Shown here: in pieces, positions 13,771 through 28,081 of the stretch
How positions within the stretch are numbered: position 1 is the first letter of the stretch
How the letters are laid out: every line of letters begins with the position of its first letter
NCBI RefSeq assembly: GCF_009914755.1
Contig: NC_060945.1
Source: the human T2T-CHM13v2.0 reference genome, Homo sapiens
DNA length: 64,000 nucleotides
Direction: 5' to 3' (one strand)
Notes under the pieces: generated by a model
The model's input: the letters and a program-made list of their open reading frames with translations, nothing else
The model's database searches: none
Told to the model about the DNA's origin: nothing
Translations under genes and position numbers: made by a program

Positions 13771-14357
13771 AGCCGCGGCGGTGGGCGCAGAAAGCCGCAG
13801 CGGCGGGGGCAAAAAGACGCAGCGGCCGGGGAAAAAGTCGCAGCGGCGGGAGCAAAAAGCCGCGGCGGCGGGGGCAAAAAGCCACGGCGGCGGGGGCAAA
13901 AAGCCCTGGCTGCAAAAAGCGGCGGTGGCGGGGGCAGAAAGCTGCGGTGGCGGGGACAAAAAGCCTAGGCGGCAGGGACAAAAAGACGCGGCGGGAAAAA
14001 GGTGCAGCGGCGGGGCAAAAAGCCGCGGTGGCAGAAAGCGGCTGAGGCGGGGGGCAAAAAGACGCAAAAGCCGCGGCGGCGCGGGCAAAAAGCCTCGGTG
14101 GCGGGGGCAAAAAGCCGCGGCTGGGGGAAAAAACCCGCAGCGGCGGGGGCAAAAAGCAGCAGAGGTGGGGGTAAAAAGGAGCGTCGGCAAAAGCCGTGGC
14201 GGCAGGGGCAAAAAGCCGCCGCGGAGGGGACAAAAGGCCGCGATGGCAGGGGGCAAAAAGCCGCGGTAGGAGAAAGCTGCATCAGCGGAGGCAAAAAGCC
14301 GTGGTGGGAGAAAGCCGCGGCGGCGGGGGCAGAAAGCCTCGGCGGCGGGGGCAAAAT
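13771..14357. repeat. GC-rich ~22-bp tandem repeat (GGCAAAAAGCCGCGGCGGCGGG)n, the 'CAAAAAG' pericentromeric repeat, roughly 27 degenerate copies
   Basis: Unit directly visible, e.g. 'ggggcaaaaagccacggcggcgggggcaaaaagccc'. It explains the six overlapping G/K/R/A/P-rich ORFs at 13652-14435. Confidence 0.92.
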
Positions 14358-16739
14358 AGTGGAAATGGGGTAGAAGGCGGCACAGCTTGGCATTGCTGGA
14401 GTGTGATGTGATAGGAAAAGTGCAGTCGAAGACAAAAAAAGATGTAAGTAGGCTTAACTCAGTGGAGCTAAGAACCCAGATGTTATCTTGAGGGTATTAA
14501 CTAATAAGCAGTTTAAATCAGAATGGCACATTCTGATTTGTTTTTTGTATGTTCATATTTGGCAGGCAAAGATACTGTTTGAAGAGAGGAAACTCAGTAG
14601 ATAGAGGTAACAAACTTAAATATGTGCCAAGTCTAGAAACAAGAGACTAGGGAGATAAGGACCTTTCAAAATAAAATGCAAGATTTGAAAACTGATTGGC
14701 TGGGGGATGAGGAAAAGGCAGGTCTTTAAGGTCAATCCCTGTTTTGCTTTAAGTTGTTAGGGGGTGGTTTTATCACATATTGTAGAATGTGTCATTTCAG
14801 TTTTGAACATCTTGAGTTAAACTGTCCTAACATATCTTATGAATTTGATTTTATTCACTGGGAAGCTAATATTTCAAAAACTGAAAGAGTATAGATTTCC
14901 AGCTTGTGTCCCATTTATAAAATTATCTCTAGGCTACTGGTTTCAGGAGGAGGCTCATGAATATTCTATTTGCAGAGAATATATCAGGAGTTAACAACAG
15001 CATCAATATTTGTGGACGACCAGTTAACTAAACCACCTCTTAGTGTATTTAGATGGGAAATCTTAGCTGAAGATATTCAATAATGAACCAACAGTGACTA
15101 AAAAATTCAATATTTAAGTATATTTCATTGTAATTAATTTGAAATTAAGTAGCCATATACAGCTAGTATTTACTACATTGAGCAATGCAAATAAGAGGAC
15201 AAAATTAATAACCATCTCTAATGCCACATGCCAAAATCCTCATCAATTTATTCTAGCTAAAGGAGTTTATCAGAAGCAGCAATTGAAAGCACCAACTAAA
15301 CCAGCTGGGGTTAATTCACTGTCATTCTCTCAGAACCATCTCTTCTCTGAACAAAACACGTAGAAGAGTTAATTGTGAATCTCCATTTTCCTTGCCTATT
15401 TTAAGGTTTTGATGTTGACACTAATTTGTGAAATCCCTCCTGTGGTGTGATATTTCGTTTTCATTGCTTTTTGTTAGGACAAGAATGCTTCAGCTCTTAA
15501 TTTAAAATTATGTTTCTCCCTCCTAGGTTGAATGAACTTAGAATGCATTCTCTGACATATCTAAGTTTTTGTTAATATGAATTTGGGGGGAAAAGCATAC
15601 TAAATTAGCTGAGACTTCTTATTCTAGGCTTGACCCTGTGTTCGACATCTTTTGAATTTGTAGTTGCATAGGATGCTCTCTGACACTGGTTAGTGACCTG
15701 GAAGCTATATTAACGTTAGGGGAGGTGGTGTATGAGCATTAGGGGTATCCTTGCAAGGAAAGACTTGTCTTATCTCAATACGTCTTTTTTTACACACAAG
15801 AAAGTCAATGTTTGAGTCTTCTAAAATCTTCCTATTTCCAAGTTGCAGAGTACCATCGATTCCTAAACAAAGACCTAATTTTTGACTCAGAGACGTGGCA
15901 AGGTAGTGAATCACCATTATAATTTAACAAACTTCAAGATAAAATTATCTCTCTGATATTTAGATTTTGCCCAATAATGAAGATATTTGGGTGTTTCGTT
16001 AAGAATGGAAAACTCTAGTCTCTTGAGCAGAGACTCTAAAGGCCTCAGATGATCATTTATAATTTTATGCTCTTTTCTTTAACACCTTCAACAGAGTTGG
16101 AAGCAGCCAATATTCCCCAGATTTGTTGTGTTTTTTAAACCAAATGCATGGTTCAGTGGTAGAAAACTGGGCTGATCCAAGCTGTTTTCAGTAAACACTT
16201 CATTTCAGGTGACCTATTTCATATTAAATAATCTCTAGATCCTGTCTTCCAAACTAACTAGATCAGATAACCTACCCTAGATTTTCCCCTTTTAGGGTCT
16301 GTTAGCTGCAGTCACTTTTGTGAAAATGATTACAATGAAAAGATAGAGTTGTAGATGGGGAAAATGTTTTGACTAATTTAAGCATAGTAGTATTTAATAT
16401 GAGAAGTTAAGTTATGCACGTTTGAAAATTATAATGGAGTCTCTTGGCTGAGCTTTAGAAAAAATAGCATTTAGGCTAAACATGGAACTGCTACCTCTCC
16501 TAAAATCAGAAAGATGTTACAGTAATTCTCCATTCTCTAGAATTATCAGGAAGAACCTTTGTGATGATTTACTTTTGTTCTTGGGAGTGTGAGCCCATGT
16601 AGTCGTGGAACCATCAATTAGAATGATGGCTTTCTGATCCCAAAGTCATTCGTTCGGAAAACAATATTTTTCATAAATTTGAAAGTGAGAAGGTTTGATC
16701 TTGCCATTCCCAAGTAACTCTCTTAATAAGAGGCATCAG

Positions 16740-17540
16740 CCTGCTTCAGTGGCAGCTGTCACCTTCCAGTGCTGAGAGTCATCTTTGAGTTCTCCATTTC
16801 ACTCCCTACACTCCAATTTAGCTGCAGTTCTCTTGGCCAGTCCTATGAAATACATCCATGGCCTAACGACTTCTCACCACTAATACCACTCATACTCACA
16901 GCATTCTCACCTAAGTCACTACCTTTTTTCTCTGGATTACAATAGCCTCCCAATTTATTTGCTCACATAACCTACTTATTCTACACGGTGCACCAGATAC
17001 ACCCCATTGAAATGCAAACACAATCATGTTATTCTCTGGTGAAAGTATCTCATATATTCCTATCGCATTTAAAATTAATTCAGAATCATCCTATGATTAT
17101 CAAAACCCTACATGCTCTTCCAAAACATGGTTTACTTCCAAGATATCACTTCAACTTTTTTTTCACTGTACTGAATTGGTGACTAATAGTCATATTTTTG
17201 TTTTTGCTCAAAAAGTCTTGACTTGTAAATTTTTCAGTTTCTCCTTTATCCACAGGTAACTCTTTCCTCATAAGGTGAATTGCTTGCTTCCTTGAGATCT
17301 GCTCTCAAAGATACCCTTCATTTTCTACCTAATATTAATAACTTTAATCATTCATTATTCCATTACTATGCTCTATAGTGTATACCATTTCTGTTCTTTG
17401 TCATGTTATTAACTAAATTATTTATTTGTTCCAGTAACGTGTTCCATAAATATTGTACACATAAAAATTATGTTATTTTCAATGCTGTATGCTCAGCTGC
17501 CCAATAACAGTCTGAGGATTAACATATTTGTTAAATGCAC
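16740..17540 (+). mobile_element. L2 LINE 3' fragment
   Basis: Decayed L2 motifs 'tggattacaatagcctcc', 'aaatgcaaacacaatcatgttattctctgg', 'aaaaccctacatg', ending 'aacatatttgttaaatg' like the L2 3' terminus. Boundaries approximate. Confidence 0.6.
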
Positions 17541-17865
17541 AAATACATTCTTTCACAAATATTAGTTTAATAATTTTATATTAAACTCCCTCTATGCTTA
17601 CAATATGAATTAGATAATTCAGAATAAACATTCCATTGGAAAAAACTAAACAATTTGTTATAAAACATCCTTAAAAGCATCAGAAAGTTAATACAGCAAC
17701 GAAGAATTACAGGACCAAATTAAGAATGGTATGGAAGCCTGTTTGTGGGGCTTATGTTTGGGTTATCTCTTTACTTTGAGTGACTATAAATCTCAAAAGA
17801 GAACTGAAGGGATAAATAACCATACGTACTAACATGGTAAGGGTATTTAAACATCTCTTAGTAAT

Positions 17866-18020
17866 TGAGAAAATTGAAAGAAAAGAAAAAAGAGAAAGGG
17901 AGAAAGAGAAACAGAGCAAAAGGGATAATGAAGGAGAGAAATAAGAGAAAGGAAGAGGATGAAAAGTAAAAAGGAGGAGGAGGGGGAGGGAGGAAGAAAG
18001 AAATGTGAAAAGAATGAATG
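17866..18020. repeat. GA-rich low-complexity tract
   Basis: 'gaaagaaaagaaaaaagagaaagggagaaagagaa...ggaggaggagggggagggaggaagaaag'. Confidence 0.8.
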
Positions 18021-18059
18021 GTAAAGTTTTTAACAACATAATTTAACCTTCTAGAATAT

Positions 18060-19560
18060 GAATGTTGGTCTATTTGATGATGTCCCACAGATTCCTTAGT
18101 CTCTGCTCATTTTTTATCTGTTTCTCAGAGTCGATATTTTCCATTTTCTTATCTTCAAGCTCATGACTTCTTCTGTGTGTGCAAATATACTCTTAAATCC
18201 CCCTGGTGATTTTTTAATTTTCATCATTGTAGTTTTCCACTCCAGAATTTCTGTTATCTCTTTGTTGATAGTCCTACTTTTTAATATTTTTTTCTGATTC
18301 CTTTATTTCTTTGTTTCTGTTTTCCTTTTGACATTTGAGTATCATTAAGATAGTTGTTTTAAAGTCTTTGTCTAGTAAGTTTGATATCTGGGTTTCCTTA
18401 GAGATATTTTCTGTCAATTTATTTTGTTCCTTTGAATGAGCCATACTTTCCCATTCTTCGTATGCCTTGTAACTTTTTGAAAACTGGACATTATAAGAAT
18501 TATAATTACTATGTGGTTACTCTGTATATCAGACCCCCCCCTACAAACACACTAATGTTTTGTTGTTTTAAGTTTTATTTACTTATTATTGTTAAGGTTT
18601 TAATTTTTAGTGAAATTTTCCAAAGTGATTTACAAAACTGTTTGCTTTATAAGGTGTGGTCACCGAAGTCTTTTTGTTTCCTTAACAAATGTTAAGCTAA
18701 TGTTTTGACAGTGATTTTCTTGTATGTCAGGAGCTAAGCAAACAGGCAAATACAACAAAAAAAGAAAAACAAGGAATCATTATCCAATAAAATATGTCTC
18801 TGGGCCATGCAGACTGGCTTTGTGCTGGGTTCTTTAATGCCGGCACAAAGTGTGTGTTCACTCTTGCACTGAGTGAAGTTCAAGTTCACTCTTGCTCAGA
18901 GCTTGAACTGAGGGGAGGGATCTGCCAAGGTAAAAGTGTAGGGTCTTCTTATGACATTTGTCAGCATGTGGCTTAACCTATGCATACATGTGACTTTCTA
19001 GACACTCCCATGTCCGTGAATGATTTTGAATGTCTTAGTTTTCCAAATACTCTTCTCCAACTTTTCTTCCTGTGCTGAAGGTGATCTACTATATGTGTAA
19101 ACTCTAATTTTTGCCCTAAGCATCTGTGGTTTGTTAGGTCTCCTTGCATAGTTTCTTAATAATGTCCATTCGTTATCTGTTCTGTATTCTAGCAACACAG
19201 AAGAAAAAAAAGCCTTTCATTAGTCCTTTAGGTATCCCCCAGACCAGTCAGAACAGACACATAACAATTTGCGGGTAAGATCTTCTCTTGTTCCTCTGGA
19301 CCATGGACCAGGGTTCCTCACTGGGAACGTGGGCTTCTGACACTTCAAAACTGCCAATTTGCTGGGGCAAAGGCAAGTTAAAAATGTCATAAAGTTTTCA
19401 AGTTGTCTTTTTCTTGAGTCTGCTTTCACTTGGTTGTTGTAATCTTTTGACCATTTTCCAGAGTTTTGGCAAAGTTTATCGACAGTTTCTCTTAGTTGTG
19501 TGATGTTTCTGTGGGGAAATGAAAGATTGCAGCTGTCTCCACTGCTGTTTTGCTGATGCT
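18060..19560 (-). mobile_element. Old L1M 5'/ORF1-region fragment
   Basis: T-rich plus strand with the typical antisense L1 ORF1 text 'ttggtctatttgatgatgtcccacagattccttagtctctgctcatttttt' and 'ttttaaagtctttgtctagtaagtt'. Boundaries approximate. Confidence 0.6.
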
Positions 19561-19610
19561 CCTCTTTTGTCAATTTTTGCTTCATGTTATTATGCTTTGC
19601 TATTAGTTCA

Positions 19611-20037
19611 TGTATTAGTTTTCTAGGTTTGCCATAACCAACTAACACAAACTGGGTGCCTTGAACAACATACATTTATAGTCTTATAGTCCTGGAAGCT
19701 AAAAGTCTGAGATTGAGGTGTCAGCAGGGATGGTTCCTTCAAGGGCTATGAGAGAAAGTCTGTTCTATGCCTTGTTTCTAGCTTCTGGTGGTTTAGTGGC
19801 AGTCTTTAGCATTCCTTGGCTAATCTCTGCCCTCATAATCACATGGTACTCTCCCTGTGTGTATGTCTCCCTCTACTCAAATTTTTTCTTTTTATAAGGA
19901 CATCAGTCATATGGAATTCAGGCTCATCTGATTTTATCTTAACTTGATCACCTGCAAAGAACCTATTTCCTAATGAGGTCATATTCAGTGGTTAGGATTT
20001 CAGCATCTATATAGAGGAAACAATTTAGCTCCTATCT
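19611..20037 (-). mobile_element. MaLR solo LTR (MLT1C-like)
   Basis: 'tgtattagttttctaggtttgccataac...acaaactgggtgccttgaacaac...aagtctgagattgaggtgtcagcaggg...ttttataaggacatcagtcat...aatgaggtcatattc'. Confidence 0.8.
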
Positions 20038-20149
20038 GTGTATACATGATTGTAATAGCTATGTCTTCCAAAAGCGTTGACCCCCTTATTACTACAATAT
20101 AAATTTTTAAAATCCTATTCACCTTTTTAATAGTCTATATCGTGTGTTA

Positions 20150-21490
<1,341 letters not shown>

Positions 21491-21504
21491 TACTCTTACA
21501 AAAC

Positions 21505-21958
21505 ATAGGTGCTCAAAAAATAAACATGTGCATGAATATTTACAGCAGTAATATTTATACAGTCAAAAAGTGGAAACAATCCATGTGCTTGTTGACTCAT
21601 AAATGGACACCCAATTTCCAGCTATAACAAAGAATGAAGTACTTATACATGGTATAATATGGGTGAAATTTGAAAGCATTATGTTAAGTTCACAGAAGGA
21701 CAAACATTACTTGATTTTATTCACATGAAACATCAGGAATCGGCAAATCAATTGGGATATAAATCAGATTAGTGGTCATTAGGGCTCAGGGAAGCAGAAT
21801 AGGGTGTAACAACTTAATGCATAATGGGCTTTTAGAAGGGACATGATGAAATTATCCTGGAACATTGTGAATATTCTGAAAGCAATTGCATTGTATGTTT
21901 TAAAATGGTTAAGTTATTAATTTCATATTATGTGATTTTTGCCTTAGAAAACAAAAAA
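21505..21958 (+). mobile_element. L1MB/L1ME-type 3' end
   Basis: 'aaaaagtggaaacaatcc', 'aagaatgaagtacttatacatggtataatatgggtgaaatttgaaagcattatgttaagt', 'agattagtggtc', 'tttaaaatggttaa...tatgtgattttt', then an A-rich end. Confidence 0.75.
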
Positions 21959-22792
21959 GAGAAAATAGCCTTACTGTATATACAAAAAACTCAAGATGTG
22001 TTACAAATTTATATGTGAAATCCAAAATACTGTAATATTTAAGGGATAGCTAAGTAGAATAACACTAAAATTTAACATAATGAAATATTTCCTTAAAAAA
22101 GAAAAAAGCACAGTAATTAAAAAGGGAGATATAGTTAATATTTTTTCCCTCCATTAAGCATACCATTAACTGATTAAAAAATCAAGCTGCAATTATGTAA
22201 ACTACATTTTCTGAAACCATAAAGAAAATAAGAAATGAAAAGGGATTTGGGAAAAAAATCCAAAGGTACAGTCAACTACACAAAAAAAGCTTAATCTCAT
22301 TAATCATTATGAAAATGCAAATTGTAGTTGAAATAAGATAAAACTACAATTCAAAGAGAAAGCCTAAAATTTCAACCCCCCCAAAATTCTGGGTTTTGCA
22401 GAGCTGGGATGGAATAGGGCTCCTAACCTTACAACAATGTAATAACAAAACTAAATTCAAAGTCATGACTTTATTTTTATAGCAACCAGGTTGCCAAGAA
22501 CTGAGTCAAAATGTCAGGGAAAGCAAGCACCTGCAAGGAGAAAGGGGACAGATGCACTTACATAGGACAGATGCAAATAGACACCACTATGACAAGTAAA
22601 GCTGGAATAATCAATAAATTCCTAAAGACAAAGTGGGGCTGGTCAGATTGGGAGATGACTGACAGCTGCAGAAGTTGGGAAAGATCCATCATCTTGAAAA
22701 CTTTTTCCCCACAAACCCACTGTGATCTCTCAAGCAATTGGTAAGGAATCCAAGAGAGTCTGTATATGATACAGATCAGGGAGAGCAGAACA

Positions 22793-23072
22793 CTTGGGAG
22801 GTGACCAGGTCTTGGGGGCCGAGCCCTTTTGAATAGGATTAGTGCCTTTATAAAATAAGCTCAATGGAGTTCTTGTGTGTCTTCCACTACGTGAGGACAT
22901 AGAAAGAAGGCACCATCTATGAACCATGAAATGGGCTCTCATCAAAACTGAATTTGTGAGCATTTTGACCTGAGATCTTACAGCCTCAAGAAGTGTGAAA
23001 AAAGAAATATCTGTTGTTTTTTAGTCACCCAGTTCATGTTATTTTGTTATAAGAATCCAAATAGACCAAGAT
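22793..23072 (+). mobile_element. MaLR LTR fragment (MSTD/MLT1A-like)
   Basis: 'gaataggattagtgcctttataaaa...gtgaggacatag...aaggcaccatctatgaaccatg...cagcctcaagaagtgtga...gtcacccagt...ttttgttata...agaccaagata'. Confidence 0.75.
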
Positions 23073-23299
23073 ATTCCACTTAATATGTAGGGGAAGGTAA
23101 CAAAAACTGACACACCTAGAATACTCATGATGCTGGGAGTATGAAAACAGGAAAAACAAAACAAAACTGCTCTTGAAGGTGAAGGAGGAATATACTGAGC
23201 TCACCAACACAGCCAGGAAAAGAACAGAAGTGTGAGAAGGCTACATTCCTGAGACCCTGAGAAAAAGTACCTGCATAAGACTGAGATGAAATTACCTAC

Positions 23300-23993
23300 C
23301 CTAGTTATAATTGAAATCCCAAAAAGAAAAGAGGAAAAAATAATGGAGCAAAAGAAATATTTTTCAAAATAACTGCCAAATATATTCTAAAAGAAGTGAC
23401 AGAAAATCAAATTTTAGATATAAGAAACTCAGAGAATGTCAAATAGAACAAAAATAAATAAGAATTACATCTTGGAAAATCTTTAAAAAATCAACTCTAA
23501 ATTTTATATCTTGCTCCAAATATATAGAGATATAAATAGTTTATCATCAAGATATGGAGAAAGCCATATCATGGAAACACTAAAATAAAGCTGCGGAAGG
23601 ACGACATTGATATTAGACACAACAGAGTTCAGAACAAGAAATAGTATCAGAGATGAGAGATAATAGATAATATAATAATCAATTCTCAAGAAGATGTAAA
23701 CATCCTACTAATTAGGGTATGCAGCTAACAAAAGAACCTCCAAATACATGAGGTAAAACATGAAAGAATTCAAAGGTGAACTAGAAAAATCCAAAATTAT
23801 ATTTGCAGACTTCAAAACTTTTGTCTTAGTAAGGGACAGACTAGGCACAGACTCAGTAATCATATGGAAGATAAGAACAATATCACCAACAAGACACCCA
23901 ATCTTCAATGGCAGATACTCTTTCCTTTCAAGTGAAAAAAAAAAAACAGTATGGCATATACTCTAACAAACCCAGAATTTCTAATATTTGCGG
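23300..23993 (+). mobile_element. L1M fragment (ORF1 end / ORF2 endonuclease start)
   Basis: 'caattctcaagaagatgtaaacatcct...cctccaaatacatgaggtaaaac...aattcaaaggtgaactagaaaaatccaaaattatatttgcagacttcaa'. ORF 23760-23966 (KGELEKSKIIFADFKT) resembles the decayed L1 EN motif 'TII.GDFNT'. Confidence 0.65.
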
Positions 23994-24465
23994 TCTTCCT
24001 TCCTTCTTTCCATCTTCCATTTTCTCTTTCCTTCCCTTGCCTTCTTCCTTCCTTTCTTCTTTTCCTCTTCCTTTTCTTTTCTTTTCCTTTTTCTTTTTTT
24101 TCTCCTTCCTTCCTTCTTTGCTTCCTTCTTTCTTTCCTCTGATTCTTCCTTCCCTCCTCCCTCCCTTCCTTTCTCCCTCCCTTCTTTTCTTCCTTCTTTT
24201 CTCTTATTCTTTCTTTCTCACTTCCTTGCTTTCTTTCTTTTTTTCTCCCGTCCTCCCTCCCTCCTTTTCTTCCTTCCTCCCTCCCTTCCTTTCCTCATTT
24301 TTCCTTCCTTCCTTCCTTCCTTTTCCTCTTTATTTTCTTTCTTTGCCTTCCTCCCTTTTACCGTTCTCTCTTCCTCCTTTCCTTCCTCCCTTCCTCCTTC
24401 CTTTCTTTCTTTCTCACTTTCTTTCTCTCTCTGTTTCTTTCTTTCCCTTTCTTTCTTTCTTTTTT

Positions 24466-24509
<44 letters not shown>

Positions 24510-24680
24510 GTGTTCTTTCTTTCTTTTTTCTCCCTTCCTGCCTTTCTCCCTTCCTCCCTCCCTCCCTTCCTTCCTTCTCTCATTTCCTCCTTCTTTTCTT
24601 TCTTCTTTCTTTCTTTCCTTCCTTCCTTCTTTCCTTCCTTCTTTTTACTTTCTTTCTTTTCTTTTCTTTCTTTCTCTTTA
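23994..24680. repeat. Polypyrimidine (TTCC/TTTC/CCCT)n compound microsatellite, ~690 bp
   Basis: Almost purine-free plus strand, with a pure (TTTC)n run near 24465-24507. It explains the F/L/S/P and K/E/R ORFs at 23908-24752. Confidence 0.95.
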
Positions 24681-24764
24681 CTACAATTCATATTATTAAA
24701 AAAATTAATACAGGGAGGAAGAAAAATAAAGAACATTTTAATCTGCATGTAAATAGATTATGTC

Positions 24765-25575
<811 letters not shown>

Positions 25576-26555
25576 GTAATTGTATCATGAAAATGAGAAC
25601 CATAATTTACAACTGCTTTTAATACTGCACTTGGATGTTTGAAATCACGTACATGGAAATGATCTCTATGTGTATGAGGGAGGATAGCAAATTGATGTCA
25701 AAATAACGCAAATACAATCTTAAACTTATTTCTATGTAGGTTTCTTTTAATCTTTGAAATTAAAATGAAATTAAAGAATTATGATATTTTGATGAAATTA
25801 GACTAAAATGAACAATAAGAAAATAAGAACTTACTTGTATTCTTTATATGGTCAGTAAAGAAGTGATAGTGGAAAAAAACAAGGTCAAATGAAGGTGATG
25901 ATTTAGGAAGTTGGAAAGATAGCCTAAACTACAAAATGGTATATAACTAGTGAACACTTAGACACACTGATTGATGAACTTCAGCTTTTGGATTGGTGAG
26001 AGCATAAAATGAGAGCAGCTGAGGTTTGCAAATCTGCAATCTCCTTGTGGAAAAACAGGCGAAAACACATTTCAGCCTAATAAGATTTACCTACTAATGA
26101 GTCAAGACTTGATCCATTTGTCCTCGTAATTCAAAAGCTAATTCAAATACTGATTTGATATATTGTGTGAACAACCGTTGCTGATTATCATCGCATACCT
26201 GGCATTCTCTTTTATCTGATATCTAAAATATTTGGTAATTCCTGGACTTTCTCTTTTCAAACCCAGTACAGTTTAATTTCAATCTTAGAACAGTTGTCTT
26301 TGAGAAATTCTTCCCTCTACTGCATCTGTGAATGGGCATAGCATGGTTACATACGTACTATCACCACAGAGAACATTTGTTGAATTAAAGCCAAAGTTTA
26401 AAGCAACAGCTTTAACTCACTGGTTTTACTAATATTTTCCTACCCAATAGCCACAAAAATATTGATACCCTCACACCTTTTAACATAAAGCTTGGTGTTG
26501 TCTATTTTTCAGGTGCTGTCATCTATATGATCTCAGTATTTTAAAAATCAGCTTC

Positions 26556-26863
<308 letters not shown>

Positions 26864-28081
26864 TAAAAATCAGCTCTCATTGATTTCTACATAAATATTC
26901 ACAGGTGATGTCCATGTAGAATTAAATAATAATATATCTGACAATGGGTCCATATGATCTTCAAAATGTAAAATGCCTATCTGTGTAATTGACTGCTCAA
27001 TCTAATTAACGAATATTGATTCAATTCTACTTTCTTGTTCTAGATAAATTATGTAATCTAGCTTTTCGTTTCACTTATTTATTGATAACAACAGGAAGAA
27101 TGACAAGATATCTATTCTGGAAAATTACTCTTGTAGGAGTAAAGATGAAACAAAGATAGAATTGCATGGAAAACTAGAAAAAAGTATGGTCTTCCAATAA
27201 TCTATCACATCATATACAAAAGGCCTCATAAAACTCAGATATTTTATCTAAAAATGTTATTTTCATCTTAGGAATGATCAAAGCATGAGACTACAATTGT
27301 ATTAAAATGTGCTTGTATCACAAGCATAGGTGCTAAAAAGGAGGGGAAAATATCACTACTGATATTTTCAATGTATGTTTTACTTTTCATCAACATGAAC
27401 CTCATCTTGATATGATGCAGATTGAAGGAAATCACCCATAATTCCATCTGAAGAAGGCCTGTGATATTTTATGGGAAAATAAATAAAGAAAATGCTAACA
27501 GAAACCCTATTAAGCATGAAGCTCTATGGAGCAAAGACAAATCCAGTGGTGAAAGATACACACTCGAGTTCTGTTTGTTGTCTTGGAACAATACGGTTTA
27601 GAGGTGACTGGCGGGTGAGGAGAACATATGCGAGTTCACCAAACAGAAAAGTTGAATGAGGCAATGCCTCTTCCTGACCATATCTCTTACTCAGATAACT
27701 ATATAATTTATTGCCCAGTAAAGGGTATATTAAAAAATCATATTAAAAGTCAAGCAGTGAAGTTGTCCAGGGAAATCAAGACTTAACAGTCTCACTCTGA
27801 CAATAATGAACAGGGGGATTCCCTCAAGATAGACTAGGACATGACCCCACACTGGCAGGTAGTAGTACCAGAAAAGAACCCATGGAAAATCTTTACCTTA
27901 TGCTTGAGGTAGGGACCAGGCTAAAGTGAAAGCCAGACATAAAATTCTATCTAAAATAAATCCATAATCGAAGAAAATATGTGGTGTACAGGCATAAAAT
28001 GTCTTTACTGGATCATTGAAATAGTAAGATAAATTCAACTTTTTACATTGTTTTCTTTTCCTCCAGTTAGGGCTTGAGGTT

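Noticed and set aside
13343-14435. Overlapping Arg/Gly/Lys- and Pro/Ala/Phe-rich ORFs
   Set aside because: They are products of the GC-rich 22-bp repeat and CpG island, open in nearly all frames, with no recognisable domain.
19220-19675. 151-aa minus-strand ORF
   Set aside because: It spans an MLT1 LTR end and decayed L1-like sequence, so it is a chance ORF.
23908-24752. 263-aa and 254-aa hydrophobic ORFs and a 176-aa Lys/Glu/Arg ORF
   Set aside because: Translation of the polypyrimidine microsatellite.
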